Shown: one piece after another, positions 13,011 to 24,861 of the stretch
How the letters are laid out: each line of letters begins with the position of its first letter
Numbering within the stretch: the first letter of the stretch is position 1
Assembly: GCF_048593235.1 (NCBI RefSeq)
Contig: NC_133621.1
Coordinates: forward strand, 280,013,238 to 280,077,237
Direction of reading: 5' to 3'
DNA from: Sminthopsis crassicaudata
Lineage: Eukaryota
Length of the DNA: 64,000 nucleotides
Notes under the pieces: generated by a model
Database searches by the model: none
Seen by the model: the letters and a program-made list of their open reading frames with translations, nothing else
Told to the model about the DNA's origin: nothing
Program-made: the position numbers and the translations under genes

Positions 13011-14299
13011 GTTGGGTGGTCCAGTTGGAAAAACATTTCATTTGGATTCAGATGAGATTTATTTGCTTCCTGGCTGTGTGTCACTTGTGTGTCACTTGAC
13101 CTCGGTTTATAGATCTGTAAAAGGAGAGAGTTGGGCTAAATGGCAACTAGAGTCCCTTCTAGCTCTGTGTCCTGTGATGTGAAAAGAATTCTTGTTGAAG
13201 TGTATTTTCACCTCATTGGCTTCTCAAGTTCCTTCCAGCTCGGAGATTCTTTGGTTCTCTGGAAATTTAGCTGAGAATAAAAACCTATACACAAGCATGA
13301 TGGGTCCATTGGTTGCTATTGGACATTAAACATCTGATAAACTTTAAATGCAGAAGTTCATTCAGATGTCATAGCCACAGGGATAATATGGTATCATGAG
13401 AAGAAGCCTAGATCCTTGGGATGCAATCCTGGCCTTCCATTCATTAGCTGTGTGGTATAGGATAATTTTCTGAATCTCACTATCTTCATCTATAAAATGG
13501 GAATAATAATACACCAATCACCTTATAGGATTATTTTGTGGAAAGTGCTCTATAATGCATGTTATTAGTAAATACCTAATCTCTAAAATGTGACTCTTAG
13601 CTCTCTATTTTTTGGGGGGAGAGGGGTTTAGAGTTGTGATTTAATTGGAACAAGGAATTCCCATTAAAGAAACTCCCTCTACCAATGCAAATTTCTAATT
13701 CTTCTATGACTGAAAGATTTGAATAGTTTCTCAGGGCATCAAGAAGTGATTTTCCCAGAGTTGTTCAGTTATGGCCAATGCTCTGTGTTATCACCACTCT
13801 GTGATCCTTTCTATGGGGTTTTCTTGGTGAAGATACTGGAGTGATTTTTCATTTCCTTTTTCAGTGGATTGAGGCAAATACTTTAAGTGACTTGTCCAAG
13901 ATCACTCAGCTCGTATCAGAGGCAACACTTAAATCCAGGTCTTGCTGTAAGTCTGAGGACAGCTTTCTCTTCTCTAGGCTGTGACACTTCAGACACATCA
14001 TTTTTCTATAGACTTAAAATTCTCAAGAGAATTTGTGATCTTGTCAATATACATCCATCCTCCCTCCAGTGATGTGCACAGAGACTCGTTTATGTATTTT
14101 GCCACGTCCTCACAAAAATCTGCACTGGGTGGGAGACAGAGCACCTGTCACGAGGATGGGTGCCTTCCTGGCTTTCTTTTGACATTTTGAGGAATGAGTA
14201 TCCCACCAGTGGAAAATCTGGCTACCTCTCAGTTATTCCTCGTTCTCCCCAAAGGACCAGCCTGTCTTCTTTTTAAATTATATATGCTTCTGTACTATT

Positions 14300-15000
14300 T
14301 GTGTATGCACCCATACATGTATGGGTGTACTATGTACAAAATAAATGTGTGTATATACATATAAAATATGCTATATGTATATTATGCACAAAAATAGGAA
14401 TCCGTGCGCACACAAATAGGTGGAAATATGTCATGGTGCATATTTCCATGCATTTGCAAATAATATAATTATAAATGTTTTGTGTTTGTGTGTGTATAAT
14501 TTAACTATATATGCATGCAACATAAGTTATATATATGTGTGTGTTATATATAATATAACTATATGTACATACACATAAAATTTGCATTATGTATATTATG
14601 CACAGAAATAGGAATGCATGTGTGCACTAATAGGTAGAACTATGTTATGGTGTATTTTCATGCATGTGTAAGTGACATAATTATAAATGTTTTGTATTTG
14701 TGTATGTGCATGAAACATAAGTATGTGTTATACAATATAAATATATGTACATACATATAAAATGTGCATCATGTATATTGTGCACAGAAATAGGAATACG
14801 TGTGTGCATGAATAGGTAAAATGCACATACCTATAAATATTTTGTGTTTGTGTATATACAATATATTTTGCATGCAACATGTGTTATATATAATAAAAAT
14901 ATGTACATACAGATAAAATATACCACATGAAATTATGTACAGAAATGGGAAAACGGCTACACAAAGAGGTAGAAGTGTGTCATGTGTATATGTTCCTGTT
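14300..15000. repeat. Degenerate AT-rich tandem repeat, 4 units of decreasing length
   Basis: The anchor (a/g)tg(c/t)aca(g/a)aaat(a/g)ggaa occurs at 14384, 14598, 14780 and 14935. Confidence 0.85.
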
Positions 15001-15675
15001 TATGTAAACAATATAAATAATTACTTGTATATGCATGATAAGTATGTAATTGTACGTGTTTAGATACAATATGTCTATGTGCATATAACATACTGCATGT
15101 ATATTGTGCATAGATAGATTACAAGCATGTACCATATACATGTGATCTCATTAACATGGCTACCTCCACATACAAAATGTGCATCGTATAATAACATAGT
15201 AAGTATGTAGACATGTCCACCTGTATACCTGTGCACACTTATCCACAGTGGTGCACGCCCGTGTATGCAGAGCCAGTGTTTTATGCACGAATATGTGTAT
15301 ATGGTATTGTGCTTAGTGGCTGGGAAAAAGCTCAGAATTACCATCAGGAGATCTGGGTTCAAATCCTCCCTTAGATACCTAGAACCCGATGTCTTTGAGA
15401 AGGAAGCTGTGGATCTTCAGCTTCCTTAGCTCTAAAATGAGGGTCCTCATGGGGGCCTCTTTCAGGCCTGTCCAAGATCCCATGACCTCACACTTTGGGT
15501 CCTTGGACTACATGAAACCGCAGGTCTTCCCTCTGCTAGAATTGGAGGGAGGGATGCTCACCTATGTCACTGGGAACCCCTGCTCCGTTTCCCCCTCCTG
15601 GCTGTCGCCCCTCGACCACGCGCTGCATCCCACTGAAAACTAATCATTTTGTCTCTTGTATCGTTCCCTCCCAAG

Positions 15676-15822
15676 GAGACTGTTGGAGAGCCCTTCTATT
15701 TGTTGGTGACAACCCTAAACCAGAAAATAAACAAAGGTCCAGTGGACGTCATCACCTCCAAAGCCCTGTACACTCTTAATGAGGATTGGCTCCTGTGGCA
15801 AGTGCCTGAATTCAGCACTGTG
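15676..15822 (+). CDS. PLXNC1: Plexin C1 coding exon (147 nt, phase 0-0): ETVGEPFYLLVTTLNQKINKGPVDVITSKALYTLNEDWLLWQVPEFSTV
   Basis: ttccctcccaag acceptor and gtatgt donor. Has the plexin KGPVD...A.YTL.ED.LL motif. Lies within ORF-track 15649..15873. Confidence 0.98.
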
Positions 15823-15899
15823 GTATGTTTGCTATTACGCTTTCCTTCCAAATGCATCAGGATTTACCAGTAGAGGCAAGAGGAGAGGGGGGACCTGGT

Positions 15900-17060
15900 C
15901 AGGAAAGAGAGAGGCAAAGCCATATCAAAATGAAAGGATATAATTCCCGCTGTGAGAGGACTCATCCATTTCATTAATTAAAAACAATAGTTGATAAAAT
16001 ATTAACGCCATGTTCAAATAATAGATTTTAATTACTTGGATGCAGGGAGTGTCTTAATGACGCCTGGGGCAGTCATCAATTTCCAAAGATTTTAATATCA
16101 GGATGGCTTATGGCTCTCCACGTTGTCAGAGAAGCTGCAAAGTGTTCCCTATTCAGTTCTTGTAATTGCAATCAGGATTTCTCAAACCGTTCTTCTCGGG
16201 GAGACAATGTGTGAAGATGCGCCACAGCTGAATCGGAACGGGGGGCTTATTTTAGAAAGATAACATGAGATTAATTCAGCTCGAGTTTCCTGTGCCACAC
16301 GACACACGTACTTTATTTCCTTGGATTAGTTACAAATGTTTGGTGTCGTGCACTTAATATACTGTGATTTCATCACTATTTTTGGAGTGATGCCGTAAAT
16401 AATGAGCGGCGTCGGCTGGGCTAGCTGTTTGGGGGATTTCACGTGGTGGGAGAGGAGGAGGAAGGAGAGAAAAGCGAAGGACCCTCCCCCCCTTCCCCGT
16501 GGCCTTCCCCACATAGGGAGAGGCTGCTTACATTGGGCAATGAGAGAACCTCGCAGGGAGCCAAGCCCTGTAGTCACTCCGAGTTCATTTAAGAATTCTC
16601 TCCCTTTTTCCATGAAGGCAGATTGGAGGAAGAGATGACTCGGTCTTGGGGGGCGGGGTGGGGAATTATGAGCGCTTCCAGCTGCAAGATGTACATCCAT
16701 ACAGTGGCTCTGGGCCTCTTCCCAACTTCTTGAGTGAGGGCTGGGAGGAGGAGAAGAGCAGAAAAATGACAGTGAGTCTTTGGTATTGCTCATTTGTGTT
16801 GCTGATTCTCTTGTGGCTTTGCCTGGGACGGCAAGCATGGCGACGTTGTTTTGGACGAATGCACCCGTTAATTGGAGAAGGCACCGCGTTGGCTTGGACT
16901 GTGTTTTGGCTATGCTTTCTGTCTGTTATGGATGAAACTCCCCATATCTGCTGTTATGGGTGATCAGTCACTATTACCACGTGAGACTGGCCGTTCCTGG
17001 AAGGAGAATGCTTTGCTGACGCATGTGGCACAGGAGATGCTGGGTATTATCTTCCCCTAA
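15900..17060 (+). promoter_or_regulatory. Candidate internal promoter / alternative first exon region in the large PLXNC1 intron
   Basis: No recognisable SINE. About 35 CpGs counted by eye, in an otherwise CpG-poor window. Inverted CCAAT (attgg) at 16532 and 16622, GC box ggggcgggg at 16650-16658, E-boxes cacgtg at 16440 and about 16979, and a donor-like aca|gtgagt at 16771/16772. Confidence 0.55.
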
Positions 17061-19379
17061 AGTGGCCCTGGTCTCCAGCCTGCCTCCCAAGGCTGATTTC
17101 ATTCTCATATAATCCCAGATGGAATCTATAAATCCTGCAAAATTGAATGACATTGCATGGTAATGCTTGATTCCTGTAGCATCCATAAAAGAAACTGGGA
17201 TCAGAGATTTAGAAGCAGGAGCCGCCTTGGAGGCCATTGAGTTCCAACCCTCTTTAGTTTACAGGTGCCTGTCCCGGGGCACAGAAAGGTTGTTTGACTT
17301 CTCCTGGATCACACAGCTAGTGGCGGAGGAGGATTTGAATGTAGGTCTTCCCTGTTCAAGGTCCAGTACATGTAGAATCTCTGAGCTGAAGAGTACCCTA
17401 GAGGCCATACAATCTAGCAAAAATTGGAGCTGATTCTCTGAGAAGGTAGGATGCCTCTTCCCTCATGGTATACCATTCCACTTTAGAACAACACTGACTG
17501 TTAGGAATTTGCTCTTTCTATGGAGCTGACATCTTCCTGGCTACAATTTCTACCCATTATTCCTGTGTTACCCCTCTGGGACTTAGAAAAACAAGGCTAG
17601 AGTATCAGGCAGGCCCTGAACGAGCCATGTTGCCAGGGAGTGGAGACCCCCAAACACATTCTGTTCTCAAGATGCTTACATGCTAACGGGGGAGACAATG
17701 TGTGTACGGCACATACAAGGTACTTGCAGAGTAGTTGGAAGAGAAAGCTGGACACCAGGAACAGAATAAGGGGCCCCTTGAGCTAGAAATCAATGATCCA
17801 ATGTGTTAGTGAGCTCACTGGAGCCTCACACAATCCTTAGAGCTGTGTAGAATGGTGATTATTTACTCTTTTTAAACACGAGGAAGCCCAGGTCCACAGA
17901 GATTCAGTGTGCGCCCCCTCTGCTCACACAGCATGTAAGTGTTAAGGCCGGTTTTCCCAGAGGTTTGCCTTGACTCCCCCATGAGGCTTTCCCGGAGAGC
18001 ATCTCCCGAGTGCTCCTTGTACCCATTCCCATCGGTCCCCACTCTGGTTGAATGTTGTTCAACATTCAGATGAAGAACAAGGAAGTAGCTTTACATGTAT
18101 TTATTTGACTCTGGGCTGGTTTGATTCCAAACCCCTAAAAATTCCCCAAAGAAAATTGATTTGAAAGTAAAAATAGGTTGGGGGAATCCAACAGTGTTTT
18201 GGTTTCATCAAAAACATTAGACCAGAAGAAGGAAGGTGTGAAAAGAACAGTCGAGGTGGGGGAAGGGAGTGAGAGAGGGGGTTATTTGTAGGTTTGCAAG
18301 AGTATGTTTGAGGTTCACTTCTGGGTTTTTTTTTAAGCTAGTTTTTTTTTTTAAAGGTTTTTCATCAGAGCAGATTTTTTTCTCCCTTTCATTTAAAAGT
18401 ATTGTTTATTTCACGGCCAATTAAGGTCATATGTTTTTGATTTGTTAACACTGGGCTCATGAGTTATTTGATGTTGAAGAAATTTATGAAGACTCTTCTT
18501 ATTTCCTTATGGGCCCTGGGGAGGAAAGCTAATGGGTAATGACCATTTCAGAAATCCACAAGAATCCTTCCCTTCAAAGAGGAATTTGTCTGTAGAGAAA
18601 ACAGAGATTTGTGAACTAGAAAAGAGACAGACCTCTCGTTCATTACGTGGCCCCAGCTTTTAAAATTACTTTGTTTCGAATGCATTTTATTGACCATGGA
18701 CCGGGCTCTCTTTAGTGGTGGATTACACTAGAAATCGTTGGAAAGTCATATGACTCGGTCAGGTTTTGTGTGATTTTAGCAGAAGGTCAAGAGAAACTCC
18801 TAAAAATGGCATTTCCTCTGTAGGAAATTCTTCATACTGTATCTGCCTTATTTCCCTTCCCTCTTTCCTCCTCTCCTTCATCATTCTGAACAGGGCTCAG
18901 AGTTGCCTCAGCCTCAGTTTCCACATGTGTCAAAGGAGGGGATTGGACGTGGAGCCTCAGAGGGCCACCCCCACCCCCTGCAGCCTCCGAATCTGTGCTG
19001 TGTCTGGTTTTCGAAGGTTCCTGTGGTTGTCTGTGCAAATGTCACAGGCTAATGTTGCATCTAGACGTACCCAAGAAAGAAATTATCTCAAAGAAGGGGA
19101 GGGAAAAAGGATCATCAGAAAGCAAGAGGAAGTCATATTAGTGATCTGAGACGGCAGAGCTGGGACGGCAGAGCAGGGTTAAATTAAGAAGTCAGAGTCA
19201 GGATTGCCAGGAAGGGAAGCAGGCCCATGTGACAGAGTAACAAGGAGGCTTCACACCTCTAAGATTAGGACAGCTCCAGAGGAGCTGTTGGCTTCAGCTT
19301 CAGGCCTCCTGCCCCTGCCTTCTCCATGGGTCACTGCTGACAAGCATGTTCTGGGCCTGGATCATCACTGAGAAGAGGC

Positions 19380-20150
19380 AGACGGAAGGGAGAGAGACAA
19401 AGAGACACAGNNNNNNNNNNNNNNNNNNNNNNNNNNNNNNNNNNNNNNNNNNNNNNNNNNNNNNNNNNNNNNNNNNNNNNNNNNNNNNNNNNNNNNNNNN
19501 NNNNNNNNNNNNNNNNNNNNNNNNNNNNNNNNNNNNNNNNNNNNNNNNNNNNNNNNNNNNNNNNNNNNNNNNNNNNNNNNNNNNNNNNNNNNNNNNNNNN
19601 NNNNNNNNNNNNNNNNNNNNNNNNNNNNNNNNNNNNNNNNNNNNNNNNNNNNNNNNNNNNNNNNNNNNNNNNNNNNNNNNNNNNNNNNNNNNNNNNNNNN
19701 NNNNNNNNNNNNNNNNNNNNNNNNNNNNNNNNNNNNNNNNNNNNNNNNNNNNNNNNNNNNNNNNNNNNNNNNNNNNNNNNNNNNNNNNNNAGACAAAGAG
19801 AGACAGAAAGAGACCCAAAGAGAGAGCTAGTGAGAGACAGAGAGAGAGACATGGACACAGAGTCAGAGACACACAGAGAGNNNNNNNNNNNNNNNNNNNN
19901 NNNNNNNNNNNNNNNNNNNNNNNNNNNNNNNNNNNNNNNNNNNNNNNNNNNNNNNNNNNNNNNNNNNNNNNNNNNNNNNNNNNNNNNNNNNNNNNNNNNN
20001 NNNNNNNNNNNNNNAGAGAGACAGAGGGAGAAAGGGAGAGACAGAGACACAGAGATAGACAGATGGAGAGAGATAGAGACAGATAGAGAGAAGAGAAAGA
20101 AAGGGGAGGAGGGGAGAGACAGACACAGAGATAGGGAGACAGAGAGTCGA
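19380..20150. repeat. GA-rich low-complexity repeat with two N-gaps (19411-19790, 19881-20014)
   Basis: gagagacaga-type units flank both gaps. Confidence 0.9.
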
Positions 20151-20924
20151 CCTTCCCACAAACTAAACAATCAGGTCCTAGATTTCAGACTGGCAGAGCC
20201 TCGGACACCTCAGGTCTAAGCTGCTCATTTATAGAAGATACTTCTTCAGAGAGGTGGGTTCTATGGCAGGGTTTTGTGAGCCCAGCACTCTTCCTCCTGT
20301 GCCATCCAGATCACACTTAGAATAACAACCACAAGAAGTAATGAGTTAAAATATAGTCCTTATAATAGCTAGCATTTATTTATCTAGAGGGTATCACAAG
20401 CCTCAGTGTAATTTTAAAGTTTAATGGCATAAAGCTGTACCTAGGACTTTTGGGACACCCTGGATATCCCTTGAAGGTTGTACCACACCTCATGGGTGTC
20501 ATCTCATTTGACCTGCACAACTCACAAATCAGGTGTTATTATTATCCCCATTTTACAGATGAGGAAACAGCCTGATAGATAGGAAGTGACTTGTTCAGGG
20601 TCTCACAGCCAGTATATACTTGAGGTAAGATTTGAATTTGATTCCTACCTGACAAGTCCAACACTATCCCCTGTGCCATCGAGGAGATGAAAGCAGCAGC
20701 ATCCTTGGAGACCCCAAAAGGAGTTTTAGGATCATACACTTAGAACTGGGAGGGACTCTAGAAGGTCATAAAGTCCATTCCTTCATTCTCCTGAAAAAGA
20801 AACTGAGTCATGGAGAAATAAGATTACTTAGAGCTGTGGGTCCCAGCTGCCCCAGAGTTGGAATTTGAAGGTAGAACATAGAATGTTAACATTACTGATG
20901 TAGAGCTGGGAAGGGACTGTGTTG

Positions 20925-21150
20925 TTCAATCACTTTTCAGTCACATCTGATTCTTTGTGCCCCCATATGGGATTTTCTTGGCAAAGACACTGGGATAGTT
21001 TGCCATTTCCTTCCCTAGTTCATTTTACAGATGAAGAAACTGAGGCAAACAGGGTAAGTGACTTGCCCAGGATCACACAGCTAGGGAGTGTCTGAAGCTG
21101 GATTTTAAACTCGGTTCTTCTTCACTTCAGGCCCAGTGCTCTAGGTGCCG
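20925..21150 (-). mobile_element. Mar1 CORE-SINE
   Basis: gttgttcaatc...gggattttcttggcaaagacac...ttttacagatgaagaaactgaggcaaacaggg. Confidence 0.85.
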
Positions 21151-21989
21151 TTTAATCTAACCTCCTCATTTTACAGAAATCTGAGGGCCAGAAGTAAGTG
21201 ACCTGCCCCTTTAAGGGCATAGAGGTAGGAAGTGGCAGAGGTAGGATTTGATTCCAGATCTGTTGTTCATTTCCTTACCCTGTTCTTCTCCAAGCATCCC
21301 CAAGTTTAACAAAGGGAAACATTTTCAGGACAAAATACTTTCTGAAAGTTAAAGGAAGGGAATAAGCATTTATAAAAGAGCTACTATGTTCTAGACACAG
21401 TGAGAAGCTCTCAAGATAACCCTGAGAGGTGGGTGCTCTTATTATTCCCATTTTTACAAACATGGAAACTCGAGGTAGATGGAGAAGAAGTGACTTGCTT
21501 AGGGTCACATTTTAACTCAGGCCCTCCTGACCCAGCTCAGGGTACCATCTAGTTGCCTTGGAGAAAAGATGAGGAAACCGTCCCTCCTTCTAGTAGAGAG
21601 GTGGGGGACTATGGTGTACAATACTGCGTGCCTTCTCAGATACAGTCACTGCATCTCTTATTCTTGGGTAATGTCACTGTTACAAGGAAAGCTCATTTTG
21701 AGAGGTTATAGCAAGGAACTGGCATATCTGGAAATAACTCATGTGAAAACAAAAGGAATCAATAAAACATGTTAAAAATAAGTCGGGGGGAAATTTAAAG
21801 GGCTGTGTAAAAACGCAGCTCCTCTGGCTTCCCTTCACGCTTTCTGATCTTTCCCTCTCTCTCTTTCTCCCACCACCCAAAGCACTAACTGTGACCACGA
21901 GCAAAGAAATGCATTGACAATCATTAGTCCCGTTTCCTTTTCCTTGTTGTCCGACAGATTTCATTTTGTTAATTTAGACTCATCAGCAC

Positions 21990-22235
21990 AGTGAATAGAG
22001 CACTCGGCCTGGAGTCTGGAAGTCTCATCTCCCTGAGTTCAAATCCAGCCTGGAGTCAGGAAGAGCTGAATTCAAATCCAGCCTCAGATACTTAGTAGCT
22101 ATGTGACTCTGGGGCAAATCACTTCACCCTATTTTCTTCATCTGCCAAATGACTTGGAGATGGAAATGGAAAATGACTCCAGTGTCTTTGCCAAGAAAAT
22201 CCCAAAGAGGGAGAGTCGAGTGTGACTGAAAAACA
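21990..22235 (+). mobile_element. Mar1 CORE-SINE with internally duplicated head
   Basis: The segment gcctggagtc..ggaag..tgagttcaaatccagcct occurs twice in tandem, followed by the Mar1 tail. Confidence 0.8.
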
Positions 22236-24369
22236 ATTCACGCTCGACTTTGAGCTGTCGAAGGAGGTTTTCCCTTCCTGACACCTTGGGGTGCTAGGGC
22301 CGAGGAGCCTAGTTGTGTTGAAGTAGGCTACCTGGGGAAAAGGAAATTGTTTCAGTTCACAACCAAGATGAGAAAAATCCAATAACCCAGAGCAAGTTCA
22401 TTTAATTAGCGAGTCAACTTCTAGTTGTAATCAAAGTTAAGGGATCAATTTCTTCTTAGCACTTGAAGCGAGGAAGTAAGTCGGCATCATCCTCTGGTGG
22501 AGCTGGTGCGGAGAGCTCCCGGACCGTAGGGAGCAATCTTTCAGCAAACACGCTGACCTTATGTAACTCATTATGAGAAAGGCCTTAACGTAGTTAGAAA
22601 GTCTTGAAAATTACTTATGGGGCCTGATGCAAAGCCTGCAGTGACCCATAAATGATTTATTTAAGGTTTCTGCCTTTTTTTCCCCCTTGGAGGAGGCAGA
22701 AGAATTAAGTGGTGGGCAGAGTGCAAAATTTGGCATCAACCCAGATTGGAAACCCAGCCCTGCTGCTCGTTAACCCTGTAACTTTGAACAAATCACCCTT
22801 TCTCTCTGGGTCACAGCTTCCTCATCTGTAACATGAGATAGCCTGAAATCTCCCGTAGTTCTGAACGTAGGCTTCCGGCTACGTGGTGCCATACTGGATA
22901 GGATGATATCAAAATCATCCCGATTTCAAATCTGGCCTTAGACACGCACTAACTGTATGATCCTGGACAAGTCACTTAACCCTGTCTGTCTCAATTTCTT
23001 CATCTATAAAATGAACTGGAACAGGAAATGGCAAACTTCTCCCAATAAAACAACAAATGCGGTTACAGAGTCAGACATGACTCAACAACAATAATTTCCT
23101 GACTGAGACAGGCTCTGTATCCGTAGCCCCCCTCAAGGTTGTGGAGGCCTTTGCTGTTTGTATTTTCATTACGATCCCATCAAGTCCAGCCAGAGCTCCC
23201 TGGAGCAGTAACCAGAAGTCTGCCACCTTTCTAGCCACCCAGCGTTCCCCACCACTGCTTCCAAATCCTTCCTTTGCCCTGACTTTATCCTTCCCCACGA
23301 TTCATTTTTTTTTAGTAATTAAGCAACCCATTGTCCCGATTAAGTCATTCTGTGATGCTCCCATTACATCCTTTCCTGATGTTTGCACTTCAGCGGTCTG
23401 GTTTTTAATACCCCTTGCTATTGTGTAGAAACAGTAAAGTTAATTAACAATCCTCCAGGTTCCCCCTCCTCCCCCTTCTCTTATAACATCGTTTGCAAAT
23501 TATTTTCATTATGACTTAGGATAAAACTGAAACTAAGTCTAACTTCAGAACTGCTGTTTGCAACTTCACATCAAAGAAATGAAACCATTTTCTCTTTTTC
23601 CTCTTTGCCCTCTCTTCTTCTTAAAATTTTTCTTATTAAAAAATGAAGGATCATTAACCAATGTAGATATTTCAATATATAATTTTTCCTTGTGTGTTTT
23701 TTCTTTTAAACAAATTATTCCCATCTTGATGGCAAGGAGTGGAAATGAGATATTAAATGAAATTGAAATTATTAATGATTCTTATTCAAAACCTTTCCTC
23801 CCACCACCTAGAATTTAGAAAGTAAAATTATGTAGTTGTTTCAATACAAAGTCATCTAATTTTCTCCTTTCTGACTGAAAGGAGGGCTGTATGTTCTCTC
23901 TACTTTGGATTTAGAGTTTTACTTGAGTTCCAAACTTGGAAAGTTACACCCAAACCCTTAGCGATAGTTACAATATAATCCACCTGCAAAGCAACCTGGG
24001 AATGGGAACAAACTTGTTCCCTAGTCTAATCTTCCTTGATTTGTTAACATAGTAGCACTTTTAAAAGTGATGGAAAATGGGGAAGAGGGAGAAAGAAGGA
24101 GGCAAGCTGAGTTAGAAATGTTTAGTGGTGTGTCATGGGTCTGCTTAGCAAAGACTGTTTCTTCCTCCACAAAATGGGGTGGGAATAGCAGCTGGAAATG
24201 TTGGTCAAGACAAAAAATTTCTTTCTTTTTTCTTTTTTAAAATGTATTTTTGTTATTCTGAACCCCATACACCCCAACTCTTCTGTATAAAGAACAGTAA
24301 AAGAGGATTACATATAAAACTACAAATCTACTACATTGAACTTTTTTCTTTTTTTTTTTTAAGTTTACA

Positions 24370-24515
24370 ATACACTAGCCTGGAGTCAAGAGGAATTGAG
24401 TTCAAATCCAATCTCAGACACTTATTACTTGATAAGTAATTACTTAATTATTACTTAGTAGTCATAGATATATGTCTGGACAAGTCATTTAATGCCAATT
24501 GCCTTTCAAATACAT
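24370..24515 (+). mobile_element. WSINE1-type SINE with AT-rich internal insert
   Basis: cctggagtcaagagga..tgagttcaaatcc..tctcagacactta [AT-rich insert] ...ggacaagtcatttaatgccaattgcct. Confidence 0.65.
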
Positions 24516-24861
24516 ACATACACACACACACATATATATATGTGCCAGCCCACCTGCATTGAGCCTCTTTTCTTCACCTGAAAAATGAGGGATTAAACCC
24601 TTAACTGCTCCATGGGCATTTCTGGAGGGGAATTTAATGAGGCTGTCTACAAATTAAAGTTTTTAAACTGGAAGGGGGAGATAGTTTATTATAATTATAT
24701 CATTTTACAGGTGGGTAAACTGAGTCAGAGAGAAGTAACCCTTGCTTGCCTTAGAGTCACACAGCTAAGAAGTATTTGAGGCAGGATTTGAACCCAATTT
24801 GTCAAATCTAGAATTCAATCCACTGCACCACCCAGCTGACTGAACAAGAGGCAAGATAATT

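Noticed and set aside
19300-20219. ORFs of up to 279 aa here, and similar ones at 2094-2409, 44333-45122 and 57395-57700
   Set aside because: Artefacts of N-gaps (X runs).
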